From: an uncultured Anaerolineaceae bacterium | GTDB lineage: Bacteria > Chloroflexota > Limnocylindria > Limnocylindrales > CSP1-4 | NCBI GenBank assembly: GCA_964579825.1 | Contig: CAZOHT010000007.1 | Coordinates: 3,540-67,539, forward strand | Direction of reading: 5' to 3' | Length of the DNA: 64,000 bases | Shown here: in pieces, positions 53,338-61,988 of the stretch | Numbering within the stretch: the stretch's first letter is position 1 | Layout: the number at the start of each line of letters is the position of its first letter | The notes under the pieces: generated by a model | Told to the model about the DNA's origin: nothing | Database searches by the model: none | What the model saw: the letters and a program-made list of their open reading frames with translations, nothing else | Position numbers and translations under genes: made by a program

Positions 53338-53673
53338 GTGCGAGGTGATCGCCAGATAAGTGCCATCGACTACCTTGCCTTCATGCCTTGGCGCGACCGC
53401 GAAGACGACGAGATCACCAAGTTCGGGATGGAGTCGATGGGTCGGCTCCTCCAGCGGCTTCGGCACCGAGCCGGGCTGACCCAGCGCCAGCTCGAGGAGC
53501 GAAGCGGCGTTCATCAGTCGGTCATCTGCCGCCTCGAGCGTGGACAGCGCTGCGGGATCAGCTGGCGACGATTCGCCGGGTTGATCGGTGCCTTGGGCGG
53601 AGTCGATCCACCACCGGACCCTCCGTGTCTGCCGTGGCCTGGACTCAGGGACGCCGACGGTACCGACACGTGA
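53338..53673 (+). CDS. XRE-family helix-turn-helix transcriptional regulator
   Basis: HTH ..LLQRLRHRAGLTQRQLEERSGVHQSVICRLERGQR.. The more likely start is ATG 53383 (96 aa), which has TACCTT 6 nt upstream. The track start is GTG 53338. Confidence 0.7.
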   Translation: MRGDRQISAIDYLAFMPWRDREDDEITKFGMESMGRLLQRLRHRAGLTQRQLEERSGVHQSVICRLERGQRCGISWRRFAGLIGALGGVDPPPDPPCLPWPGLRDADGTDT

Positions 53674-53733
53674 TGCCCCGGCCCACCCGGCCGACACGTG
53701 ATGCCCCCGACAGTCATCGACAGCTGATCGGCT

Positions 53734-53795
53734 GCCGAGTGGGGACGCCGCCGAGTGGGGACGCCGCCGAGCGGGCACGCCGCCGAGCGCGACGC
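53734..53795. repeat. 16-bp tandem repeat GCCGAGTGGGGACGCC, about 3.9 units
   Basis: Units at 53734, 53750 and 53766 (GCCGAGCGGGCACGCC) and a partial unit at 53782. There are no spacers. Confidence 0.9.
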
Positions 53796-53816
53796 TGATG
53801 CCGCTGATAGTCATCA
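53796..53816. repeat. 21-bp repeat, inverted copy TGATGCCGCTGATAGTCATCA
   Basis: Exact reverse complement of 53226-53246. A degenerate extra copy lies at 53699-53720 (TGATGCCCCCGACAGTCATCGA). Confidence 0.95.
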
Positions 53817-53884
53817 GGGATGGAAGTGAGTCCTGGCGAGGGACAGATCCGACGCAGCGACGAGCCGACCGATCCAGCGCGAAC

Positions 53885-54625
53885 CTACGCCAGTGGGGCG
53901 CGCGCGACCGCGACGATCGTCGAGCGACGGGAGGGGGTCCGGCTGGCCAGGACGTCACCGACCAGGCCCAGGGCGAAGGTCGGCAGATGTCGGCCCCACG
54001 CTCGGGCCAGGTGGCCGACGGTCTGCAGGCGGATCTCGGTGAAGCCAGCCGCAGCCAGGTCGCCGCGGACGGTGGCCGGATCGTTGCAGGCGCCGACGAG
54101 CGGATGGGCGTCCGCCTCGCTGGCCTTGACCAGTGGCTGGACGGCGTGGCGCGGCCCGTCCGGCATGCCGAGGTACGCCGCGACGAACGGATGCCGCCGG
54201 TTCACGGTCGTCGCGACGAGCGTGCCGCCGGGTCGTAACCACCGTCGCAGATTGGCCAGGGCCGCCTCGGGATCGGCGAAGTGCTCCAGCGTGAAATTGG
54301 ACAGCACGACATCGAAGCTGGCCGCCGGAAAGGCATCGGCCGGGCCGCACAGGTCCACGACGGCGAACTCGTCGAGGTGGGGCAGGGGAGTGGCGGGCTC
54401 GTGGATGTCCGCCCCGACCATCCGACCGACCCGCGGCCGGAACTGGCGCAGCGCCGAGACTCGGCCGCACCCGGCGTCGAGAGCGGCGACACCATCGGGC
54501 GAGCGGCTCGACTGGCGTCCCTCTGCCTCGGTGATGGCCTGGTCCAGCGCCTCTCGGACGAGCACCTGGACCGTTGGTTCGATGCCCAGCCTGGGCAGGA
54601 GCGCGAATCGCGCGGCTTCGGCCAC
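53885..54625 (-). CDS. class I SAM-dependent methyltransferase
   Basis: 246 aa with motif I ..ALDAGCGRV.. and ..LRPGGTLVATT.. GTG 54625 lies 2 nt after the trxB stop. Confidence 0.8.
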   Translation of the reverse strand: MAEAARFALLPRLGIEPTVQVLVREALDQAITEAEGRQSSRSPDGVAALDAGCGRVSALRQFRPRVGRMVGADIHEPATPLPHLDEFAVVDLCGPADAFPAASFDVVLSNFTLEHFADPEAALANLRRWLRPGGTLVATTVNRRHPFVAAYLGMPDGPRHAVQPLVKASEADAHPLVGACNDPATVRGDLAAAGFTEIRLQTVGHLARAWGRHLPTFALGLVGDVLASRTPSRRSTIVAVARAPLA

Positions 54626-54627
54626 GC

Positions 54628-55677
54628 CTACCAGGCCGTGGCCGTGGCGGCTTCGGTGATCCCTTCGGCCTCGAGCCAGCGCTCGGCATCGATGGCGGCC
54701 TTGCAGCCGTCGGCCGCGGCGGTGACCGCCTGGCGATAGCGATGGTCGTGGACGTCGCCGGCGATGAACACGCCGTCGATCTTCGAGCCGGTCTCGTCGT
54801 GGACGACGAGGTAGCCCTTCTCGTCGACCTCGAGCCAGTCGCGGAACGCGTCGGTGTTCGGCTTGTGGCCGATCGCGATGAACAGGCCGTCGATCGGCAT
54901 CGTCCGCTCATCGCCGGTCACGGTGTCGCGCAGTCGGACGCCGTCGACCTTCTGGTCGCCGAGGACCTCGTCCACACCGGTGTTGACGTGGATGTCGATC
55001 TTGGGGTGGTTCGCCGCACGCTCGAGCATGATCTTGGACGCTCGGAACGTGTCGCGCCGGTGGAGCAGGTGGACCTTGCTCGCGAAGCGGGTCAGGTAGG
55101 TCGCCTCCTCGATGGCGGTATCGCCACCACCGACGACCGCGATCTCACGGTCCTTGAAGAAGAACCCGTCGCACGTCGCGCACGCGGAGACGCCGCGGCC
55201 GCGCAGCCGCGTCTCGCTCTCGAGGCCGAGCCACATCGCCGAGGCGCCCGTCGCCACGATGACGGACTGCGCCCGATATTCCGTGCCGCGGGCCCAGATC
55301 CGGAACGGGCGTCCGGAGAGATCCACCTGGTCGATGTCGGCGTCGACCAGCCGCGTCCCGAATCGCTCGGCCTGGGCGCGCATGGCGGCCATCAGGTCCG
55401 GCCCCTGGATGCCCTCCGGGAAGCCCGGGTAGTTCTCGACCTCGCTCGTGAGCATCAGCTGACCGCCAGGCTCGGCCCCGGCGATGACCACCGGCTCCAG
55501 GTTGGCACGGGCGGCGTAGATCGCGGCGGTGAGACCGGCCGGGCCGGATCCGATGATCACGACCTTGGCCTCGACGCGGTCGGCCGCGCTGGTGAAGGTG
55601 GACGGTCCGCCGGTCGCCGGGGTGGCGTCCTCGACCATCGCGATGCTGAATCCCCCGAACGGGTTCGTCTCTGTCAT
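54628..55677 (-). CDS. trxB: thioredoxin-disulfide reductase
   Basis: 349 aa with FAD motif ..IIGSGPAGLTAAIYAAR.., redox-active CATCDG and NADPH motif ..VVGGGDTAIEEA.. Confidence 0.93.
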   Translation of the reverse strand: MTETNPFGGFSIAMVEDATPATGGPSTFTSAADRVEAKVVIIGSGPAGLTAAIYAARANLEPVVIAGAEPGGQLMLTSEVENYPGFPEGIQGPDLMAAMRAQAERFGTRLVDADIDQVDLSGRPFRIWARGTEYRAQSVIVATGASAMWLGLESETRLRGRGVSACATCDGFFFKDREIAVVGGGDTAIEEATYLTRFASKVHLLHRRDTFRASKIMLERAANHPKIDIHVNTGVDEVLGDQKVDGVRLRDTVTGDERTMPIDGLFIAIGHKPNTDAFRDWLEVDEKGYLVVHDETGSKIDGVFIAGDVHDHRYRQAVTAAADGCKAAIDAERWLEAEGITEAATATAW

Positions 55678-55768
55678 GACCTCGATCCTACCACATCCGG
55701 GATACCCCTGGGGGGTATGCGACGGGGTCCGCGACGGCGCCCGAGGTCGCGCCCGGTCCGGGCTGGGT

Positions 55769-56668
55769 TCACAGGTCGCGGACGGCCGGGAGGATGTCCC
55801 GACCGATCAGCTCCAGCCGACGCGGATCGTCGGCGTCCGGCATGCCGATGATGACGTGCTGGGCTCCGGCATCGGCCAGGTCGCCGAATCGCTCCACGAT
55901 CCGCTCGGCACTCTCGCGGCCGCGCCCGCCGCCGGGCAGGATCGGATCGATGTTCTGGAGCGTGGACCGCTCGATCTCGTCCGGATCGCGCCCGATCGCC
56001 GCGCAGTGCGCGCGCAGGATCTCGTACTTCCGGGCGATCCCCTCAGGATTCCCGAACACGTTGCAGGCATCCGCGTACTGCGCCACGAGCCGGAGCGTCT
56101 TCTTCTCGCCGCCACCGCCGACCATGATCGGGACACGCGGCCGCGAGATCGACTGCGGCGAGTTCATGAGCCGCGTCGCCTGGTACTGGCGGCCCTCGAA
56201 TGTCGCCCCCGACCCGCGCTCGCCCTCGAACATCTCGTGGCTGATGCGCAGGGTCTCCTCGAGCATCTCGAACCGCTCCGCGAGCGGCGGGAACGGGAAC
56301 CCGAGGGCCCGTGACTCGCGCTCGTTCCAGGCCGCGCCGATGCCGAGCCAGGCTCGCCCGCCGGACAGGACATCCAGCGTGGTCGCGGCCTTGACCCACA
56401 GACCCGGGGCCCGGTAGTGGACGCCACCGACCATCAGGCCGAGGCGGGCGCGCGAGGTATGCGCCGCCATGAACCCGAGGGTCGTCCAGCCCTCGAGCAT
56501 CGGGTCCTCCTCGGGACCGACGCTCCGGATCTGGAAGAAGTGGTCCATGACCCAGATCGAGTCGAAGCCGACGTCGTCCGCCTGGCGGACGATCCGTGCC
56601 AGCGTGGGCCCGATGGCTTCCGGCCCACCCGGCCAATCGAATGCGGTGATCTGGAGTCCGAGCTTCAT
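55769..56668 (-). CDS. LLM-class (luciferase-like) F420-dependent oxidoreductase
   Basis: 299 aa (MKLGLQI...DSIWVMDHF...LGIGAAW...PIMVGGGGEKKTLR..). Confidence 0.8.
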   Translation of the reverse strand: MKLGLQITAFDWPGGPEAIGPTLARIVRQADDVGFDSIWVMDHFFQIRSVGPEEDPMLEGWTTLGFMAAHTSRARLGLMVGGVHYRAPGLWVKAATTLDVLSGGRAWLGIGAAWNERESRALGFPFPPLAERFEMLEETLRISHEMFEGERGSGATFEGRQYQATRLMNSPQSISRPRVPIMVGGGGEKKTLRLVAQYADACNVFGNPEGIARKYEILRAHCAAIGRDPDEIERSTLQNIDPILPGGGRGRESAERIVERFGDLADAGAQHVIIGMPDADDPRRLELIGRDILPAVRDL

Positions 56669-56693
56669 CCGCGCAGCCTACGCGGTCCGGCGG

Positions 56694-57944
56694 TCAGGCA
56701 CTCAGCTCCAGCTGGAGTGGGGTGGGGAAGCGCGGCATGATCCGGACCCCGGCCATCCACGCGGTCAGGTCCGCGGCCCGCGCTCCGGCGGCCGCCGCCG
56801 CCTCGGCGCCGATGTCCTCGAGCAACCGCACGACCACCTCGCCATCCGGTCGCTGACCCCAGCCGCCGACGACCCGACCGTCCGCCCAGATCGTCGGGCC
56901 GGCGTTGCCGTTGCGGTCGAACAGGGCCGGGCGGTGCGGCGCCAGGTACCAATCCCGCGCGGTCCAGCCCATCGTCGTCGCGTCGAGTGACGGGAGAAGC
57001 GCGATCCAGGGGTCGGGTGCCGCCGTCGTTGGTTCGAGGTCGTCGGCCATGACCAGCCCCGTCGTCCCGTCGTCCAGCGCGACCTCGAGCGTCTCGAGCG
57101 TCGTCAGGGCGCGCCGGACAGCGCCGAGGGTGAGCCCGGTCCACCAGCGCAGGTCGCCCATCGTGCCCGGCCCGAACGCCCGCAACCAGCGCTCCACGAG
57201 GACCACCTGGGCCGAGGCTTCGGTGTGGGTGGCACCGAGGTCGCGCAGCGCGATCCAGCGGTCCATCGGTTCCCAGCGGTACTGGCTGCTGACCCAGCTG
57301 CCGCGCGGCCGACCCCGGGTGATCCGACCGTCCATCGCGAGCAGGAAGAGGACCCGCGTGGAGACCCCGACCGTGCCCTGGTAGGCCTTGCCGACCGAGA
57401 TCGGGATCTGGATGGCGAGATCCGGCACGACCTTCGTCAACTCGGCGGCCGTTCCGGCACCCAGCTGGTCGATCGCGGCGACGGTCTCGTCCTCGACCCG
57501 AGCGAGCCACGGGCCGGGCGGGTCGGCGATCCCGGCGTCGACCAACCAGCCCTCGAGCCGGCGGCGCTCGCGCGCGACGATGGTCGGTCCGGTGGCGGCG
57601 TGGACGATCGGCGCGAGGTCGAGTGGCTCGAGGAACAGCGTCCGGCGCATCCCGATCATCCGGACGAGCGTCCGATCGTCGTACAGCGCGCGCTCCATGG
57701 TCGGCCGGTCCAGGCCGTCCACGCGGGCCCAGGCCGAGAGGTAGACGCTCGTCGGGTCCGTCGCGTGCAGGCCCACCAGGGCCCTTGCCGAATCCTCGAC
57801 CGTGGCGGCACGGTGGGCCGGGGCCAGGTGGTGGCGGATCGCCAGTCGGACCCGACGTTCCACGGTCGTGATGGTCGGACGAGGCGGGGTCACGCCGACG
57901 GGGCGATCATCGGAACAGGTCCATCTCGCCGGGGATGAGGGCAT
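56694..57944 (-). CDS. winged-helix DNA-binding domain protein (DUF1006, YcaQ/AlkZ-like)
   Basis: ..LVGLHATDPTSVYLSAWARV.. and the overall length fit the family. The track start overlaps the cofE 3' end by 38 nt, and the in-frame GTG at 57899 is a likely alternative. Confidence 0.55.
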   Translation of the reverse strand: MPSSPARWTCSDDRPVGVTPPRPTITTVERRVRLAIRHHLAPAHRAATVEDSARALVGLHATDPTSVYLSAWARVDGLDRPTMERALYDDRTLVRMIGMRRTLFLEPLDLAPIVHAATGPTIVARERRRLEGWLVDAGIADPPGPWLARVEDETVAAIDQLGAGTAAELTKVVPDLAIQIPISVGKAYQGTVGVSTRVLFLLAMDGRITRGRPRGSWVSSQYRWEPMDRWIALRDLGATHTEASAQVVLVERWLRAFGPGTMGDLRWWTGLTLGAVRRALTTLETLEVALDDGTTGLVMADDLEPTTAAPDPWIALLPSLDATTMGWTARDWYLAPHRPALFDRNGNAGPTIWADGRVVGGWGQRPDGEVVVRLLEDIGAEAAAAAGARAADLTAWMAGVRIMPRFPTPLQLELSA

Positions 57945-58680
57945 CGGCGATGCGGGCCTCGCCGCGGGTGAACGCGGCTCCCCGGACGAGCGCCACGGGA
58001 CGGCGCGCCGCCTTCCCGAGCGCGAGTTCTGCCGCGGACGCGAGCTCGTCCGCCACCGCGCGGACCGTCGAGTGCATCACGCGACCATCCGCATCCGGCG
58101 AGCCGCGCAGGTCGTCCAGCGGGAGCAGACCGGACACGCCGATCGCGACATCGACGATGCCCCAGCGCCACGGCCGACCGAAGGAGTCCGACACGATGAC
58201 CGGCACGTCCACGCCGAAGCGGGCCCGGATGGCGGCGCGGATCGCCGCCGCCGACGCGTCCGGATCCACGGGCAGCAGCGTCACGCTGGACCCGGACGCC
58301 GGTCCGACATTGGATGCGTCCACACCGCCATTCGCACAGATGAACCCGTGGGGCGTCTCGGTGATGAGCACGCCATTCGCCATCCGCACGACCCGCGTCG
58401 CCTGCTGCAGCACGACCTCCACCTGGCGTGGATCCCGATCCCAGCGCTCGGCGAACTCGACGGCCTCGGGGCGTGGCTGGATGGCCGTCAGGTCCACGAC
58501 GGCGCCCTCGGCCTTCGACACGATCTTCTGGGTGACGACCAGGACATCGTCGGCGGCCAGCGGCAGGACCCCGGCCGTGCCTTCGAGGGCGTCGCCGATC
58601 AGCGCCGCCACGTCGTCACCCGCCGCGATCTCCGGGATCCCGTCGAGGGCGACGACCCGAACGATCGCATCAGCCGACAT
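57907..58680 (-). CDS. cofE: coenzyme F420-0:L-glutamate ligase, single-domain CofE type
   Basis: 257 aa from ATG 58680 with ..VLVVTQKIVSKAEG.. and ..ICANGGVDASN.. and ..VIVSDSFGRPWR.. There is no C-terminal nitroreductase-like domain. Confidence 0.85.
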   Translation of the reverse strand: MSADAIVRVVALDGIPEIAAGDDVAALIGDALEGTAGVLPLAADDVLVVTQKIVSKAEGAVVDLTAIQPRPEAVEFAERWDRDPRQVEVVLQQATRVVRMANGVLITETPHGFICANGGVDASNVGPASGSSVTLLPVDPDASAAAIRAAIRARFGVDVPVIVSDSFGRPWRWGIVDVAIGVSGLLPLDDLRGSPDADGRVMHSTVRAVADELASAAELALGKAARRPVALVRGAAFTRGEARIADALIPGEMDLFR

Positions 58681-59299
58681 GGGATCCCTCGGCACGGATC
58701 GTGTCGACCAGGACCAGGTCCTCGGGCGTGTCAAGGTCCACCGACAGCGGCCCGTCGATCTCGCGGTACTCGGCCCCCACCGCCGTCGCCGCGGCCCGGT
58801 GGGCGGCGCGACTGTCCGGCCCGAACGCGATGTCGATGACGTCCGGTGGCCGGAGCGCCAGCGCGTTCGTGCCGGCCCCGTGCCGGTCCGGGGCGAGCAC
58901 CACGGTCGGACCCGGGTCCTCGTACAGGGCGCCGATCAGGTCGTCGAGAGCGGTCGTCGTGATGAACGGCAGATCGATCGGCACGATGACCACGGCCTCG
59001 GCGCCACCGGCGACGACGTCGTCACGCGCGTCGCGAACGCCAGCGTTGAGTCCGACGGTCCGTTGGCGCAGCGTTCGAGCACCGACATCGGCCGCCCAGC
59101 CGAGGACGGTGTGGTCCGGGCTGACGACGAGCACGTCCTCGATGCGCGCGACCGATTCGACCGCCGCCAGGGTTCGCGCCACCAGGCCTTCGACGAGGTC
59201 ATGGCGCTCTTCCGCGTCGAGTGACTCGCCGAGCCGGGTCTTGGCCCCTTCGATCGCGGCGACGGGGACGATGGCCGCGATGCGGCCCGGCTCGCTCAT
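58670..59299 (-). CDS. cofC: 2-phospho-L-lactate (or PEP) guanylyltransferase
   Basis: 209 aa (..AIVPVAAIEGAKTRLG...VIVPIDLPF..). It overlaps both the cofD stop and the cofE start. Confidence 0.8.
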   Translation of the reverse strand: MSEPGRIAAIVPVAAIEGAKTRLGESLDAEERHDLVEGLVARTLAAVESVARIEDVLVVSPDHTVLGWAADVGARTLRQRTVGLNAGVRDARDDVVAGGAEAVVIVPIDLPFITTTALDDLIGALYEDPGPTVVLAPDRHGAGTNALALRPPDVIDIAFGPDSRAAHRAAATAVGAEYREIDGPLSVDLDTPEDLVLVDTIRAEGSHVG

Positions 59300-60249
59300 G
59301 ACGGCTCGGCGCCCGCTGCGAGCGCCAGCAGATCACGTGCCAGCCGCGCCCGACCGGCCTCGTCGGCCATGATCGTATCGGTGACGTGCGTGCCCAGCCC
59401 CAGGGCGGCGATGGCGGGTGCCACGGCGGCGTCGACGTCATCGAGCACGAAGCGGTCCGTGTACGGAGCGAGGAGCTCCGCCACGCCCAGGGCGCTCGAC
59501 TGGTGGCCGAGCGATGCCAGCATCCGATCGGCCGGGCCCTTGAGCGCGCGCCCGCCGACGATGCCGCTGATGGTCATCACCTGGGCACCACACGCTCGCG
59601 CCGCCGCGATCGCGTCGGCCATGCCGGGCACCGCGAGGATCGGTCCCAGCGAGACGATCGGGTTGGACGGACCGATGACGATGAGGTCCGCGTCACCCAG
59701 GGCGCCGACCACGTCCGCGGTCGGTGTCGCCGCCTCGATCCCGTCGAAGCGGACCTCACGGACGTCCGGCGCCTGGTGTCGGTGCACGAAGTATTCCTGG
59801 AAGTCGAGCCACCCCTCGTCGGTCCGCACCTGCGTCCGGACCGGCGCGTCGGTCATCGGCAGGATCCGGGTCGGCAGCCCGAGCGACGCCTGGAGCGCGA
59901 GGACCGCCTCGGTCAGCGACGCGCCCCGCCGCATCCGTGCCGACCGGGCGATGTGGGTCGCGAAGTCGCGGTCGCCGAGGCCGAACCAGCCTTCCTCGCC
60001 GTAGGCCTTGAGCCCGTCCATGACGGTCCACGTCTCGCCGGCGATCCCCCAACCGCGCTCGAAGTCGAAGCGGCCACCGAGCATGTATAGGACCGCGTCG
60101 TGGTCGGGCATGACGAGCAGCCCGTGGCGCTCGACGTCGTCGCCGGTATTGACGATGACCGTCAGGTCACCGGGCGGCAGGACCGCCTGGAGTCCCTCGG
60201 CGAGCTTCGCCCCACCGGTCCCGCCGGCCAGGATGACGACGCGGGTCAC
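59296..60249 (-). CDS. cofD: 2-phospho-L-lactate transferase
   Basis: 317 aa (VTRVVILAGGTGGAKLAEGL...VIVNTGDD...IGPSNPIVS..). Confidence 0.88.
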   Translation of the reverse strand: MTRVVILAGGTGGAKLAEGLQAVLPPGDLTVIVNTGDDVERHGLLVMPDHDAVLYMLGGRFDFERGWGIAGETWTVMDGLKAYGEEGWFGLGDRDFATHIARSARMRRGASLTEAVLALQASLGLPTRILPMTDAPVRTQVRTDEGWLDFQEYFVHRHQAPDVREVRFDGIEAATPTADVVGALGDADLIVIGPSNPIVSLGPILAVPGMADAIAAARACGAQVMTISGIVGGRALKGPADRMLASLGHQSSALGVAELLAPYTDRFVLDDVDAAVAPAIAALGLGTHVTDTIMADEAGRARLARDLLALAAGAEPS

Positions 60250-60261
60250 CGGTCGCGCCCG

Positions 60262-60675
60262 TCAGTCGAGGTGTTCGTGGACGGCCCCGACCCGGATCAC
60301 GAAGCTGATGCGCTCCTGCGAGGCGAATCGCTCGATCTTCCCCGGCACGACGTCAGGCTCGTGGGCGTGATAGCGCCGGGCCATCTCGAAGATGTCCTCG
60401 TGGGCGATCGCCTGGTCCGTGATCGGTTCCGCGACGCCGGTGACGCCGACCCACTGGTAGCCGTCGCCGCCCGCCCGGACCGCCAGCGAGACGCGCGGAT
60501 CGCGCAGCAGGTTGTTCGGCCAGCGTCGACCGGCGAGGCTGTTGATGCGGATGGTCTCGCCGTCCAGGGTGTACCAGACGGTGGCCTGGCGGGGCGCGCC
60601 GTCGTCGTCGATCGTGGCGACGGTGGCGTAGTGGGGGTTGTCGAGGAAGGCGCGAGTCTGGTCAGAGAGGGTCAT
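60262..60675 (-). CDS. PPOX-class (pyridoxamine 5'-phosphate oxidase-like split-barrel) probable F420-dependent enzyme
   Basis: 137 aa from ATG 60675 (..FLDNPHYATVATIDDDGAPRQATVWY..). It lies 12 nt upstream of cofD. Confidence 0.7.
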   Translation of the reverse strand: MTLSDQTRAFLDNPHYATVATIDDDGAPRQATVWYTLDGETIRINSLAGRRWPNNLLRDPRVSLAVRAGGDGYQWVGVTGVAEPITDQAIAHEDIFEMARRYHAHEPDVVPGKIERFASQERISFVIRVGAVHEHLD

Positions 60676-61817
60676 GCACCCGATGGTACGCGAGCCGGCC
60701 GGCGGACGGGCCCACGGGTCTCGGCGTCGACGGCGCGAGGTGGCATCGGTTCGGCCGCGGGACGGCCCAGCAGGTACCCCTGCCCGAGGTCCACCCCGAG
60801 TTCGCGCAGGGTGGACAGGTCGACCCGCTTCTCGATCCCTTCCGCGAGCAGCGTGGCGCCGATCCGACCGCCGAACGAGACGAATGCCTCGACGAGGGCC
60901 TGCTTGGCGTCGTCGTGGGCGATGCCGTGGACGATGTCGCGGTCGATCTTGATGACCGACGGCCGAAGCGCGGCGATGAGCGCGAAGCTGGCGTAGCCGG
61001 CGCCCGCGTCGTCGACGGCGAACCCGAAGCGGAGTCGGCGCAGGGCCTTGACCTGGCGCTGCAACGGGACGACGTCGGACACGGCCTGCTGCTCCGTGCA
61101 CTCGAGGGTGATCTGGTCCGGCGTCATCCCGGCCTCGCGGACGAGTGCTGCGAGCGTCTCGGCCTGGAACGTCGGGTCCAGCATGCTCGCGGGCGTCATG
61201 TTGATCGCGATCCGGAGCGGGCTCTCGCCGGCGTCCCGTCGCGCCCGGTCCAGTTCGGCGGCCCGTTCGAGGACGGCCCGGACGATGAACGTGTCGAGTT
61301 CCACCGACCGCCCTGTCGCGATCGCCGCCATGACGACCGCGCTGATCGACTGGGGCAGCATCGGCATCTGTGGCCGGAACAGGCACTCGTATTCGCGCAA
61401 CTCACCGGTCGAAAGGCACACGATCGGCTGGAACGCCACGGTGTGGAGCTTCCGCAGGCTGAAGAAGTAGTCGAGCATCCGCGACTGGACCAGTTGGGGC
61501 GACTGGCCCATGCCGATCCGGTCCGCGAGGCCGGATGCCTGCACGGCGGCCGACAGCGCGTACAGGTAGCGGTCACGCTCAGGCAGGCTCTGGTCGATCG
61601 GGACGATGCCGAAATCCGGGTTGCTGACCTGGTCCGAGACTTCCTGGGCCAGGGCGTCGGTGAGCAGCTCCGCGGAGGCGATCAGGACGGTGCCGGAGTC
61701 CAGTTCGAGGACGCGGGCCGACGGCAGCTCGATGGCCAGCCGATTGACGAATCGGATGTCGCGGGACCAGAGGAGCCGCTCTTCGCTGGGGTGGCGCTGC
61801 GGCTGGAAGAGACGCAC
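60672..61817 (-). CDS. EAL-domain c-di-GMP phosphodiesterase with an uncharacterised N-terminal domain
   Basis: 381 aa. EAL catalytic pattern ..FQPIV...EYECLFR...INMT...ECTE...FAVDDAGAGYAS...IKIDR...AEGIE...GQGY.. The stop overlaps the PPOX start (ATGA). Confidence 0.85.
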   Translation of the reverse strand: MRLFQPQRHPSEERLLWSRDIRFVNRLAIELPSARVLELDSGTVLIASAELLTDALAQEVSDQVSNPDFGIVPIDQSLPERDRYLYALSAAVQASGLADRIGMGQSPQLVQSRMLDYFFSLRKLHTVAFQPIVCLSTGELREYECLFRPQMPMLPQSISAVVMAAIATGRSVELDTFIVRAVLERAAELDRARRDAGESPLRIAINMTPASMLDPTFQAETLAALVREAGMTPDQITLECTEQQAVSDVVPLQRQVKALRRLRFGFAVDDAGAGYASFALIAALRPSVIKIDRDIVHGIAHDDAKQALVEAFVSFGGRIGATLLAEGIEKRVDLSTLRELGVDLGQGYLLGRPAAEPMPPRAVDAETRGPVRRPARVPSGA

Positions 61818-61988
61818 GTCTTGGATGATGCCCCTCGACCTCGGCTGACGGTCCCCGGTAACGGTCCCGGGACCGGCCCGCGATTGGTACTAGGGTCCTG
61901 TTCCTGAGAGTCAGCTGAGACGGGCGAGGCGGCCTAGGATACGCGGGCCGGCACGAGGATCGGACCGGAATGAGGCACGGAGGGATAC

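Noticed and set aside
53734-53795. A CRISPR array suggested by regularly repeated units here, at 34308-34360 and at 41311-41346.
   Set aside because: The units are contiguous or separated by only 5 nt, with no unique spacers. There are only 2-4 units of 16-24 nt, and no cas genes are in the window.
53296-53958. A 220-aa minus-strand ORF covering the XRE locus.
   Set aside because: The plus-strand frame has a textbook HTH_XRE motif. The minus-strand product is Arg/Ser/Pro-rich except where it mirrors that gene.
53798-54238. ORFs starting MPLIVI... (53798-54238 on the plus strand and 53093-53317 on the minus strand), which look like a duplicated gene start.
   Set aside because: The shared N-terminus is simply the translation of the 21-bp repeat. 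Downstream sequence is low-complexity and, for 53798-54238, antisense to a well-supported methyltransferase gene.
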